Notes: generated by a model from the letters alone, not told the origin. A stretch of 64,000 bases of DNA from Pirellulaceae bacterium (GCA_034408855.1 JAWXCK010000253.1:12730-76729), one strand, 5' to 3'; shown: positions 42,523 to 51,965, counted from the stretch's first letter. Program-made: numbers and translations.

Positions 42523-44388
42523 CTAGCGAGGCAGCTTCAATCTCTCTCGTACAAGTTCGGGGAGGAATTTCACAGGCACCGACCCATGATCGAGGACCGC
42601 TTCGTGATAGCGTCCAAGATCAAATGCTTCAGTTTGCTCGCGTTGGATCTGCTGGCGGAGACGATAGTGAGCCATGCGTCCGGCGAAATAGGTACTCAGT
42701 TGTACCGAACTCTGTTTAGCGCGAATAATTTTCAATCGCGCTTCACCTTCGGATTGATAAGCTTCTTGCGTCAAGAAAGCCAAGGCCTCTTGGTCGCTCA
42801 TTTCCGTGCAATGCATTTTGTAATCGAGAATCGTATTCGCGACGGCGCGAAGGTAGAACTTCAGTTGATTCAACCGCAATGGCAGCGACCCTTCGCCATA
42901 GCCTTGATCCAGCATCATCTGTTCGGTGTAAACCGCCCAGCCTTCGACGAAAACGCCGGACTGCAGTACGCGTCGAATCAACGAAGGTGAGCGATTGGAA
43001 TATTCCAATTGCACATAGTGCCCGGGATAAGCTTCGTGGATTGTCAAAATCTGCAACATGTGTCGGTTATATTCTTCCAGAAAACTTTTGACTCGCGAAG
43101 CATCCCATACCGATGGCGGTGGGCTGACAGCGTAGAAACTGTCGCCATTGGGGTCCAGCGGCAATGCCGATTCGAGATAAGCCAACGAGTTGCCGCGTCG
43201 GAACTCAGGCATCTCGATGACTTGGCAACGATCGCTGGCGGGCAGCCGAAGTATATCTTGCTGGCGAATGAACGCCTGAATACCTTTGACAGTAGCGCGT
43301 GCGTCACCGATCAAGGCCGCCGGTTGTCCATGCTCTTGACTGACGGCCTTGGTAACCATCGCAATCGTCTCGCGGCGTCCTCGTTCATCATCCGGAGGTA
43401 AAATGAGCTTTGGGAAATAGCGACTCCATAGTTGCCTTGCAATCACGTAGAGTTCACCTTGAACCCGAACGAATTCACCTTCGGCGTCGTTCAGCAGTTG
43501 ATCGGCAGTTCGGTTAAGATCGAGTACTAGCTCAAGTTTTGCCGCAAACTTGCTTTTGCCCAGTCGCCAATCGCCATTGGCTCGCGGCAACAAATCGCTT
43601 TCAAGAAACGTTTGATAATCTTTTAACGTTTCGATGACCGGCAAAGTTGCCTGCCGAAGTTTTTCATGTTGTGGCGTATCGCCGACGAGTTCAAAGACCC
43701 CTTTTTCATAAAAACCGATCGATCCTTTGTTTTGTCCGATGGCCGTTTCGAGCACCGATCGCGGTGGATTGTCGAGCGTTATCTTGGCCGTCGCAACGAT
43801 CCTTGGAATCTCCGCCATGCGCGAGATCGCATTCTTGATATTCTCTTCACGCGGCAACGTCGATTGTGTCAGCAAAGAATAGATGCTGTCGTTGATGTAG
43901 CCGCCGTAAACACGAGGATCTTCCTCAAAAGGACGTGTATGTTCGGTGAGCCAAACACGGCGAACAAGTTCATCGCGAAAGATTTCAAAATCGATTTGTC
44001 CCGACCGTGAAAGTTTGCCCGAGTCGATCGATTGCTCTAGCGCCACCAATTGCTGTCGCGAATTTTCCAACCAACCTCGGCGAGCAACCTCGGAAATGTC
44101 GTCGAGCAAATGATCGAATCGATGATCACCAAGCATGGTGGCGTCCAACGGACGAAGCTGAAATGTTTCGTCGAGATGTGCCTTGAAGAACGACGCCAGT
44201 CGCTCATCTTCGGTTTGTCCGAAACTCGATGTGGCAAATAGAGAAAATAGAAGGAAGCAGACACACATTGATTTCAGCACGCTCGCAACCTTTTTATCGT
44301 CTAGCCCACTGAGCGAACGGGCGCTAGCACTCGGTGTTTTATTCGTACTCGTACTCATGACAACAACACTCGACAAAAGTTGAATCAT
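42523..44388 (-). CDS. DUF885-family protein (metallopeptidase-like HExxPGH motif), secreted
   Basis: HEAYPGHYVQ motif. The start ATG overlaps the upstream stop as ATGA at 44385-44388. The longer ORF to 44520 would overlap the upstream gene. Confidence 0.7.
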   Translation of the reverse strand: MIQLLSSVVVMSTSTNKTPSASARSLSGLDDKKVASVLKSMCVCFLLFSLFATSSFGQTEDERLASFFKAHLDETFQLRPLDATMLGDHRFDHLLDDISEVARRGWLENSRQQLVALEQSIDSGKLSRSGQIDFEIFRDELVRRVWLTEHTRPFEEDPRVYGGYINDSIYSLLTQSTLPREENIKNAISRMAEIPRIVATAKITLDNPPRSVLETAIGQNKGSIGFYEKGVFELVGDTPQHEKLRQATLPVIETLKDYQTFLESDLLPRANGDWRLGKSKFAAKLELVLDLNRTADQLLNDAEGEFVRVQGELYVIARQLWSRYFPKLILPPDDERGRRETIAMVTKAVSQEHGQPAALIGDARATVKGIQAFIRQQDILRLPASDRCQVIEMPEFRRGNSLAYLESALPLDPNGDSFYAVSPPPSVWDASRVKSFLEEYNRHMLQILTIHEAYPGHYVQLEYSNRSPSLIRRVLQSGVFVEGWAVYTEQMMLDQGYGEGSLPLRLNQLKFYLRAVANTILDYKMHCTEMSDQEALAFLTQEAYQSEGEARLKIIRAKQSSVQLSTYFAGRMAHYRLRQQIQREQTEAFDLGRYHEAVLDHGSVPVKFLPELVRERLKLPR

Positions 44389-45302
44389 TTTTTCGAACTT
44401 CGATTTGGAATTTTGGGGCGAGACTCGATGCCATCGCGAATAATTTTGAGGACTCGCTTGCGTTCGTCGCCTTTTAAAATCAGACGTGGTGCCCGCACCC
44501 ATTCGGCGCCCAGCCCGCATTCTTGAACCATCAATTTAATGTACTGAATAAATTTTGGATGGACATCTAAATGCAAAAGCGGAGTAAACCAGCGATAGAA
44601 CTCGCGAGCTTTCTCCCATTCGCCGCGGCGCGTCAATTCCCAGAAATATTGATTTTCCGCCGGAAAGGCAATTCCACTACCAGCAACCCAGCCATCAATG
44701 CCAAGTATCGATGCCTCTAATGCCAAATTATCAACGCCGGTGAAGATCGCATAGCGATTTCCGACAGCGTTTCGAAGATCGGTAATGCGTCTTGTATCGC
44801 CCGAGCTCTCTTTGATTGCGACAAGATTCTTTTGATCGGCTAGTTTTGCAAACATCTCTGGCGTAATGTCGTTTGCGTAGCTGATGGGGTTGTTGTAGAC
44901 CATGATCGGAAGTCCAGTCGACTTAGCGACTGCTCGAAAATACGCCATCGTTTCGTCAGCATCGGCACGATAAAGCATGGCGGGTAAAACCATCGCTCCA
45001 TTGGCTCCCAGCTTCTCGATGTCTCGGACATATCGGATTGCTTCGGCAGTGCTGGTCTCGGCAACGCCGCTGACGACCGGAACGCGACCTGCGACCGCTT
45101 TGATCATCGCTTCGAGAACTAGTCGCTTTTCCGAGGGTAACATCGGCTGGTTCTCACCCAACGACCCCAGAAAGATCAACCCGTTGATTCCGGACTTAAT
45201 CAATACCTCGGCATGCGCCGCAGTTGCACCGAGATTGATCGAGCCATCTTTGTGCATCTGCGTAGTGATTGCCGGATAAACGCCTTGCCAGACTTTTTTC
45301 AT
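44385..45302 (-). CDS. dihydrodipicolinate synthase/N-acetylneuraminate lyase family protein (possible pyrroline-4-hydroxy-2-carboxylate deaminase)
   Basis: 305 aa. GLIFLGSLGENQPM, VVSGVAETST and the catalytic-Lys region VAIKESSGD. The function is inferred from operon context. Confidence 0.7.
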   Translation of the reverse strand: MKKVWQGVYPAITTQMHKDGSINLGATAAHAEVLIKSGINGLIFLGSLGENQPMLPSEKRLVLEAMIKAVAGRVPVVSGVAETSTAEAIRYVRDIEKLGANGAMVLPAMLYRADADETMAYFRAVAKSTGLPIMVYNNPISYANDITPEMFAKLADQKNLVAIKESSGDTRRITDLRNAVGNRYAIFTGVDNLALEASILGIDGWVAGSGIAFPAENQYFWELTRRGEWEKAREFYRWFTPLLHLDVHPKFIQYIKLMVQECGLGAEWVRAPRLILKGDERKRVLKIIRDGIESRPKIPNRSSKK

Positions 45303-45396
45303 AAAGGACTCGATTGCAGTGGAATGAAATGTTCTTAAGTGCTTTAGGGAAGTGGGTCTTGATAAAGATCTAACGCTGCAGGGAGGAATGTACCTG

Positions 45397-46446
45397 TTAC
45401 TTGTTTCGCCACCACTGGTGAGACAAATATCCTAGCCGATCAGCCGTCGTTTCAATTGCTTGACGGAAACGCTTGGCATCCATTGGATAGCCAGCCGTCT
45501 GTTTGAGCCCCGGCAAATGAGTTCTCCAAAATTGATTCAGGCGATGCATAAGTCCTTCTCGAAGCCACTTGGCGACCATCGATGAAAGTGCGGATGCGAT
45601 GAGCCGATCCCCTTTGGCGAGAAAACTCCAACGCAACGTCCGTTCCTGCCATCGAGCAACATAGTCACTTCTCAACGCCGACTCGCGGAGCACGTCAAAC
45701 CAGAGATCTGGCATTGCGTCCATTAGTATCGATTGATACCGATTGCGTCCTCCGTGCTTGTCGCAATAGACGTGTATCGAGATGTCGTCGTCAGCCAACA
45801 AATCAGAATGCAATTCAAGAGCTGCGGCTGCTAGGCGCAACGATGTATTGCTCAAGAAAGTTGCTTTGTTGCCCAAGCGAGCGATCGCGGAATTAAATTC
45901 GCCTTCGTCGATAATCCTGGCCGTCAATCCGAGGAATCGAACGCCCGCGCGCTGGCAACATAGGTCTGCTTCGTCGATGAGCATTGTCGGCAAGCATTGG
46001 TCCAACGGCTTGAATCGCTCGATCGAGGAATCGGAATACCCGATCGGACGATACCAGGGAATCGAAGCGAGTCTCGTAACGTCGTCGATCGCGACAGAGG
46101 CGAAAAAGTTTTGAAAATTAACTGCGTCACATGCAATACTGTTCAACCAGTACCGTACACCGACGGCCAGCGAATCTAGCGAATCGCCAGACGAGTAGAG
46201 GGCTTTCGAATCGCCTAACGGTATATGTTTAAACATGCCTCGGTCGGCTCGTGGACGAAAGATCGGCGCAAGTTGTTCAAGTAGCCTTTCCACCGCCGTC
46301 GTCGAATCCGAGACTTCCGGCTGGCGATCCTCAATTAGCCATGAAGAGCACCCGATAACTAAGGGCCCAAGATTGGGACCGTAGCCAGCTTCGTCGATTC
46401 CGATAACAAGCTGGCGGCGATCGTGGCTACTTGGTTTTTTGATCAT
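45397..46446 (-). CDS. divergent RNase HII-like (type 2 RNase H fold) protein
   Basis: GIDEAGYGPNLGPLVIG, GDSK, CDKHGG, SSMVAKWLRE and TAGYPMDA parallel the RNase HII motifs, but the protein is ~350 aa with large insertions. The ORF is open to 46482. Confidence 0.45.
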   Translation of the reverse strand: MIKKPSSHDRRQLVIGIDEAGYGPNLGPLVIGCSSWLIEDRQPEVSDSTTAVERLLEQLAPIFRPRADRGMFKHIPLGDSKALYSSGDSLDSLAVGVRYWLNSIACDAVNFQNFFASVAIDDVTRLASIPWYRPIGYSDSSIERFKPLDQCLPTMLIDEADLCCQRAGVRFLGLTARIIDEGEFNSAIARLGNKATFLSNTSLRLAAAALELHSDLLADDDISIHVYCDKHGGRNRYQSILMDAMPDLWFDVLRESALRSDYVARWQERTLRWSFLAKGDRLIASALSSMVAKWLREGLMHRLNQFWRTHLPGLKQTAGYPMDAKRFRQAIETTADRLGYLSHQWWRNK

Positions 46447-46536
46447 AGGGAATCCGTTGCCTTGGAGAACGCCGCGGCGCAAGTCACCGGCTACTTTTAA
46501 AGCTTTCTACCGGCCCGTTCAAGGGCCGTCGATATA

Positions 46537-46564
46537 GTGAGCCGTCGGCGCTGGCCGCGGGTGG
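46537..46564 (+). repeat. copy of ~25-nt intergenic motif
   Basis: Reads gtgagccgtcggcgctggccgcgggtgg. Located in an intergenic region. Confidence 0.6.
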
Positions 46565-46712
46565 TCACTTCTTAACTAACCCAATCGTCGTTACAATGCG
46601 CTTCCGGTTCCGGAACGAAGCTTCAGCTCCGTAATGATAGTTTTCTATTTTGTTTAGAATGTTTGCAAACCCCCATCCCAAATATTTGTCATCCTAATTT
46701 GAAAGATCGAGA

Positions 46713-47558
46713 ATGAAATACGGCATGAACTTGTTGCTTTGGTCCGGTGAAGTCACGGATGCGATGCTGCCGACGATTGAAAAACTCAATAAGATGGGGT
46801 ACGACGGAGTCGAGTTGCCGATTTTCAATCTCGACCTCGATTACGCTCGCCTGGGGAAACAGCTCGATGATTTGGGACTGGAACGCACGGCGGTCACCGT
46901 CCGCAACGAAGCTGACAATCCCATTAGCCCCGACGCGGCTGTTCGAAAAAAAGGCGTCGAACTCAACAAGCGGACGCTCGATTGTTGCGCGGCCGCAGGT
47001 GTGCAGACTCTGGTCGGCCCATACCATTCTGCGCTGGGCTTTTTTCCAGGACATAGTCGTACTAAGGACGAATGGAGTTGGGGCGTCGAGAGTATGCGCG
47101 CGACTGCCGAGCACGCCGGGAAAGTCGGTGTCATGCTCGGCGTCGAACCGCTCAATCGATTCGAAGTTTATTTTCTTAACGCACATGCCGATGCGGCGCA
47201 GTTTTGTCGAGAAGTCAATCATCCCAATTGTAGGATGATGTACGATACCTTTCATTGCAACATTGAAGAAAAGAGCATTCCGGCTGCGCTGCACGCCATC
47301 GAAGACATGGTATGCCACATTCATATCAGCGAGAACGATCGGAGTACGCCAGGACACGGAAACGTTCGATGGAAAGAAAACTTTGATGGCATTCGAGACA
47401 TTGGCTACGACGGATGGTTGGTGATCGAGGCTTTCGGACTAGCCCTACCTGAACTTGCCGCCGCCACCCGCATCTGGCGAAAGATGTTCGACACCGAGCT
47501 AAAATTAGCCGAGCAAGGTTTAGCCTTCATGAAGCAACAAGTAGAAATGCGTGTGTAG
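46713..47558 (+). CDS. sugar phosphate isomerase/epimerase (xylose isomerase-like TIM barrel)
   Basis: 281 aa. MKYGMNLLLWSGEV...GYDGVELPIF, GVEPLNRFE and HISENDRSTPGHG motifs. Confidence 0.75.
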   Translation: MKYGMNLLLWSGEVTDAMLPTIEKLNKMGYDGVELPIFNLDLDYARLGKQLDDLGLERTAVTVRNEADNPISPDAAVRKKGVELNKRTLDCCAAAGVQTLVGPYHSALGFFPGHSRTKDEWSWGVESMRATAEHAGKVGVMLGVEPLNRFEVYFLNAHADAAQFCREVNHPNCRMMYDTFHCNIEEKSIPAALHAIEDMVCHIHISENDRSTPGHGNVRWKENFDGIRDIGYDGWLVIEAFGLALPELAAATRIWRKMFDTELKLAEQGLAFMKQQVEMRV

Positions 47559-47806
47559 TCCCGCCTTCAGGCACTCGTTCGTAGCTCCGCCTTTAGTAGG
47601 CTGCCGCTATTCGCCCCGCTTTTGGGCGACTGCTCGAAACCCCGCCGTCCGGCGGGCATCCCGTCCCCGCATCTATCCTCACAATCCGAAGCTCCGTCAT
47701 AATCGCGAAATGCTTCCGAGAAGGATAAGTTTCTTCAACCCACTCGTTTTGCTATCGAGTCAAATTCGAGCAAGACTTAGGTGTCTCTTGGGTTGCAAGG
47801 TAAAAC

Positions 47807-48757
47807 ATGTCCATCTTTCGCAATATTGCCATTCCATGCTACCGTTGGTGGACTCGATCAAAGCGAGCGGCAATGGCACGTCAATTCGAAGCGTCACAGC
47901 AGTGGCCAGCCGCGATTCTTTTCTACCATCGCGTAGCAAACTCGGAACCCAACGGATGGTCGATCGGTTGCAAAGATTTTTCCGATCAGTTGGACTTCGT
48001 CGCTTCGATTGCGAAGTTTGCTTCGCTGGATGAGATTCGTCAATCGCAACATGCATCGGTGCGGCAACAACGAATGATCGCAATTACCTTTGACGACGGC
48101 TATGGTGAGAACATCGAGTGGGCTATTCCAGAGTTGGTTCGACGCAATATTCCCTGCACTTATTTCGTTACCACCGACAATGTTGAACATGAACGTCCTT
48201 TTCCGCACGATGTCCAACGCAATCGCCCATTGCGTCCCAACACGATCAGCGAAATCCAGGCGATTGCGGACGCCGGAATTCAAATCGGCGGTCATACACA
48301 AACCCATCTCGATCTCGGAAGAGAGTGGCCCGTCGAGCGACTTCGCGCAGAGCTATGCGACTCACGCAAGAAGCTGCAAGATTGGACCGGTCAGCCCATC
48401 GACTTCTTTGCAATTCCCTTTGGCCTGCAATGCAATATTACCCAAGCCGCAATCGATATGATCGCTGAGGCCGGATATCGAAGTTTTGTAAGCGCGTTCG
48501 GCGAGTGGAATTTTCTCGGTGGCGATGATTTTCATCTATGCCGATTCCATGGCGATGCTTGCACCGAAGCGGTTCGCAATTGGTTGACCTTCGATCCTCG
48601 TCGTATGAAGCAACGTAAGATACTCAATTATCGATTCCCCACAATCGCAAGCAATGCGTCGGACTCTTCGGCTTCTTGCGACTCTTCACCAACCGCCTTT
48701 CCGACAGTCAGCTTCCCGATCAACTCGGTTTATCCGACGTGCTCAAACTATGAATAG
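47807..48757 (+). CDS. polysaccharide deacetylase family protein
   Basis: 316 aa. ITFDDGYGENIEWAIPELVRRNIPCTYFV and GGHTQTHLDL, the NodB-type motifs. Confidence 0.8.
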   Translation: MSIFRNIAIPCYRWWTRSKRAAMARQFEASQQWPAAILFYHRVANSEPNGWSIGCKDFSDQLDFVASIAKFASLDEIRQSQHASVRQQRMIAITFDDGYGENIEWAIPELVRRNIPCTYFVTTDNVEHERPFPHDVQRNRPLRPNTISEIQAIADAGIQIGGHTQTHLDLGREWPVERLRAELCDSRKKLQDWTGQPIDFFAIPFGLQCNITQAAIDMIAEAGYRSFVSAFGEWNFLGGDDFHLCRFHGDACTEAVRNWLTFDPRRMKQRKILNYRFPTIASNASDSSASCDSSPTAFPTVSFPINSVYPTCSNYE

Positions 48758-49979
48758 TCCCGTTACCGAAAAATCGAGTGAGAATCTTTCGACAGCATCG
48801 ATACCTTCAATCGCAACGAACATTTCGAGCAATCGCGATGAGCGACGATTGCGAGTCGCTTTCGTGATTACCAGCATGCCAGTCGGTGGCGCAGAAACGC
48901 TCTTATTGAATCTCATTCGCGGTCTAGTCCAGTCTCGCTTCTTGCCAGAACTGATTTGTTTGAAGGAGCTTGGACCGCTCGGCGAGATATTGGCTGATGA
49001 GATTCCAACCAAGCATTCGGTGCTTCGCAGCAAGTATGACGTCACGATTCTCTATCGGCTTGTCCAGTACTTTCGGCGAAACAAGATCGACGCCGTTATC
49101 ACGGTTGGGGCCGGTGATAAGATGTTTTGGGGAAGGCTCGCAGCAAAACTAGCCAGGGTGCCCGTCATTTGTTCGGCGCTTCATTCGACAGGTTGGCCTG
49201 ATGGCGTAGGTCGACTCAATCGACTGCTGACGCGAATCACCGATCGGTTTATCGCCGTAGCTGATTCGCATGGAAAATTCCTCGTTGAATTCGAGCGTTT
49301 TCCGGAATCGAAAGTCGCGATTATACGCAATGGAATCGACGCCGATCGATTTGTCCCGAACCCTTCGGCCCGAGCGACCGTCAGAACAACGTTAGGATTG
49401 ACGCCGGACGCGCCATTAGTCGGGATTGTTGCCGCCCTGCGACCGGAAAAGAATCATGAGCTCTTTTTGGAAGTCGCCAGCCGAACCTGTCAGGTCGTAC
49501 CCGACGCACAATTCATCATTGTCGGTGAGGGGCCCGAGCGAGCAAAGATCGAGTCGATCATTGCTGACTTAGGACTGAAATCAAATGTCCGCATGTTAGG
49601 CAACCGGAGCGACACGCCACAATGGCTCGCAGCATTGGATGTCTTTCTGCTAACCAGCCACAACGAAGCCAACCCAGTCTCGATACTTGAAGCATTGGCA
49701 TGTGGCGTTCCGGTGGTGAGTACCAATGTCGGATCGATAGCTGAAACGGTTCAAGACGGCCAGACGGGCTATACCGTAGAAGCGGGAAACGCCGAGCAAG
49801 CCAGTCGCTGCGTCCTGCAGTTACTATTGGATTCAAAGAAAGCCAAGGAACTCGGGGTTCGCGGCCGCGAACTCGTACTAAGAACCGGCTCACTCAAAGC
49901 CATGGTACAAGGCTATGAAAAGTTAATTGAAAAAGTCTATACTACGAAGCGACGTTGTCCTCGTAGCTCAATTGGATAG
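48750..49979 (+). CDS. glycosyltransferase family 4 (GT-B, GT1-type)
   Basis: VAFVITSMPVGGAETLLLNL N-terminus and the C-terminal EANPVSILEALACGVPVVSTNVGSIAETV (E-x7-E region). Start ATG 48750 overlaps the previous gene by 8 nt. The 3' end overlaps the tRNA by 23 nt. Confidence 0.8.
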   Translation: MNSPVTEKSSENLSTASIPSIATNISSNRDERRLRVAFVITSMPVGGAETLLLNLIRGLVQSRFLPELICLKELGPLGEILADEIPTKHSVLRSKYDVTILYRLVQYFRRNKIDAVITVGAGDKMFWGRLAAKLARVPVICSALHSTGWPDGVGRLNRLLTRITDRFIAVADSHGKFLVEFERFPESKVAIIRNGIDADRFVPNPSARATVRTTLGLTPDAPLVGIVAALRPEKNHELFLEVASRTCQVVPDAQFIIVGEGPERAKIESIIADLGLKSNVRMLGNRSDTPQWLAALDVFLLTSHNEANPVSILEALACGVPVVSTNVGSIAETVQDGQTGYTVEAGNAEQASRCVLQLLLDSKKAKELGVRGRELVLRTGSLKAMVQGYEKLIEKVYTTKRRCPRSSIG

Positions 49980-50030
49980 AGCGTCGGCCTCCGAAGCCGA
50001 AGGTTCCGCGTTCGAATCGCGGCGAGGATA
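49957..50030 (+). tRNA. tRNA-Arg (anticodon CCG)
   Basis: Hand-folded cloverleaf. Acceptor GTCCTCG/CGAGGAT (G1-U72), D stem GCTC/GAGC with loop AATTGGATA, and anticodon stem TCGGC/GCCGA with loop CTCCGAA. T stem CCGCG/CGCGG with loop TTCGAAT, and discriminator A. No CCA is encoded. Confidence 0.9.
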
Positions 50031-50176
50031 CTTCTGAATGCCTCACGATTTGCAAGACATACTGCAAATATCTTAGCCTGAGCTTAGTTGTTTTCTAAGT
50101 CAGAGTTTCGGTAGTTACCGTTTTACCGTCGTAAACCCGGTATTTCCGAAGCTCGCAACAGGACAGGACTAAGTCA

Positions 50177-51418
50177 ATGCGAGTATCAGCGTACCGGCTT
50201 CACAAAGCATCCGGGCAAGCTATCGTCTCTCTCAATGGGACGGATCACTATCTAGGCAAGCATGATTCCCCCGAAAGCCGCTCCAAGTATGAATCGCTCA
50301 TCGCGGATCATTTGAAGACGAGAGCCAAGGAGAAGGCCAAGAAGGCCAGGATCGACAACGATGGGCCGGGCTACCGGCTACATGCAAGGAGTGGCCAGGC
50401 GGTCGTTACGATTTCCGGCCACGACTATTACCTTGGGGTGTTCAACTCGAAAGAGTCGAAGGCCAAGTACCATCGCCTGAAGGCTGAATGGATCGCTTCA
50501 GGTAAATCTCCGTCGTTTGGCGTGAAGCCAGAGGAACTAACCGTCATCGAAATGATGGCAGCCTGGGTTCGGTTTGCGAAGGAATACTACGGAGAGGGGC
50601 CAAGTTCCGAGCTTCACCGGGCAGTTCCAGTGCTGAAAGTCCTCAAGACGCTCTACGGATCGGAACCGGCCGTGAACTTCGGGCCGCTGCAATACGAGGC
50701 CGTCCGGGTTACTTTGCTCGAACCCTATCTCGTGAAGCGGAAAGGCGGGACGTCGGAAAAGAAGCGTCGGAGCCGAACCTACATCAACTCATTGATGAAA
50801 CGGTTGCGGGCAGTATTCCGATGGGCAGCGTCAAAGTCGCTGATTCCTGTTTCCGTTCACGACACGCTTAAAACCGTTGAGCCGCTCAAGCATGGCAGAA
50901 CGACTGCGCCGGAGCTCGACCCGGTGGCACCAGTTCCAGACGAAATCGTCGATGCGACTCTTCCAAAACTTAACCACGTGATGAAAGCGATGGTCGAGTT
51001 CCAACGGCTTACTGGCTGTCGACCGGGCGAAGTATGCAAGATAAAGCCATCGATGGTCGATCGGACAGCCGACGTATGGGAAGTCCAGCTTGCCAAGCAC
51101 AAGACAGCCTATCGCGGGAGAAAGCGAACAGTCTATGCGGGAACAAGGGCACAAGCGATTCTTGCTCCATTCCTGCTTCGCGGTGAAGACGAATTCTGCT
51201 TCAGTCCGATCGAGGCCGAAAAGCGGAGGCGTAAAGAGAAGCATATCGCCCGTAAAACCCCGCTTTCGTGCGGGAATAAGCCGGGCTCGAAGATCGCAAA
51301 GGCACCGCTCAAACAGCCTGGGCCATGCTACACCAGGCCATTCGAAGCCCTGATGCGACCATCGGGGCTTTTTTGTCGGCAATGTTCGCCGCAAATCATC
51401 GGTTTTGCGGCCTATTGA
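50177..51418 (+). CDS. tyrosine-type site-specific integrase, C-terminal catalytic region degenerate (probable pseudogene)
   Basis: Duplicated N-terminal motif (YRLHKASGQAIVSLNGTDHYLGKHDSPESRSKY / YRLHARSGQAVVTISGHDYYLGVFNSKESKAKY). Box I region LTGCRPGE and KHKT are present. No in-frame HxxR...Y is found, and the tail CSPQIIGFAAY looks like a decayed W-x-P-x-Q-L-R-H segment. Confidence 0.6.
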   Translation: MRVSAYRLHKASGQAIVSLNGTDHYLGKHDSPESRSKYESLIADHLKTRAKEKAKKARIDNDGPGYRLHARSGQAVVTISGHDYYLGVFNSKESKAKYHRLKAEWIASGKSPSFGVKPEELTVIEMMAAWVRFAKEYYGEGPSSELHRAVPVLKVLKTLYGSEPAVNFGPLQYEAVRVTLLEPYLVKRKGGTSEKKRRSRTYINSLMKRLRAVFRWAASKSLIPVSVHDTLKTVEPLKHGRTTAPELDPVAPVPDEIVDATLPKLNHVMKAMVEFQRLTGCRPGEVCKIKPSMVDRTADVWEVQLAKHKTAYRGRKRTVYAGTRAQAILAPFLLRGEDEFCFSPIEAEKRRRKEKHIARKTPLSCGNKPGSKIAKAPLKQPGPCYTRPFEALMRPSGLFCRQCSPQIIGFAAY

Positions 51419-51506
51419 TTGTGGTGGCAACGATGTCGAGCAATCTCATTGTGGGGATCGCTCCGTTGCTCAACACAATTGTTTGCCTTACGAGGAGTGA
51501 GAATCG

Positions 51507-51965
51507 ATGCGAATTTTTGAAGTAGTACTAAGGCCCAGTGATACGGAAGCCGTTAAAATGCCATCCAATGTCGAGCTCTTGCGGGCAAGCTTTGACAAGG
51601 ACAAAGTGAGATTGACTTTTGAAAGTCCTCGCCAAGTAGAGCTAGAGGAATTTCGGTTCTTCGTCTTAAAACCTCATGAGCCAAGAGTCGACGGCGTGTT
51701 GAAGCGTGTCGCCGTTGGTGAATGCGAAGAACATGCTATCGTCGTCTACAGGGACGAGAGCCCTCTCGCAAAGTGTAAAAAATGTACTCGAGTACCATTG
51801 TCGGAAGGCGAATATTGCTGCAAAGGATGCGAGACATCGGGTGAGCATGATCTCGATTGCAATGGTCTTTACGACAAGGCTCGCGAGAGAATAAACGAGG
51901 AAGATGAAGCCGTTAATATGCTAATGAAACAAAACGGACAGAGACTAAAAGCTCCTACGTCCTAG
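51507..51965 (+). CDS. hypothetical Cys-rich protein
   Basis: 152 aa. AGGAG-like RBS 9 nt upstream. C-terminal CKKCTRVPLSEGEYCCKGCETSGEHDLDC is a possible zinc ribbon. Confidence 0.5.
   Translation: MRIFEVVLRPSDTEAVKMPSNVELLRASFDKDKVRLTFESPRQVELEEFRFFVLKPHEPRVDGVLKRVAVGECEEHAIVVYRDESPLAKCKKCTRVPLSEGEYCCKGCETSGEHDLDCNGLYDKARERINEEDEAVNMLMKQNGQRLKAPTS

Noticed and set aside
46689-47357. 222-aa minus-strand ORF opposite the sugar isomerase gene
   Set aside because: The plus-strand ORF shows clear xylose-isomerase-like TIM-barrel motifs. The antisense translation has no recognisable features.
47551-48083. ORFs 47551-48033(+) and 47760-48083(-) spanning the intergenic repeat region
   Set aside because: They start in a repeat-rich intergenic stretch (tagtcccgccttcaggc / tagctccgcctttagtaggc motifs) and overlap the well-supported polysaccharide deacetylase start.
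50831-51430. 199-aa minus-strand ORF overlapping the integrase 3' half
   Set aside because: It lies antisense to a gene with clear integrase motifs and has an Arg/Pro-rich composition typical of non-coding frames.
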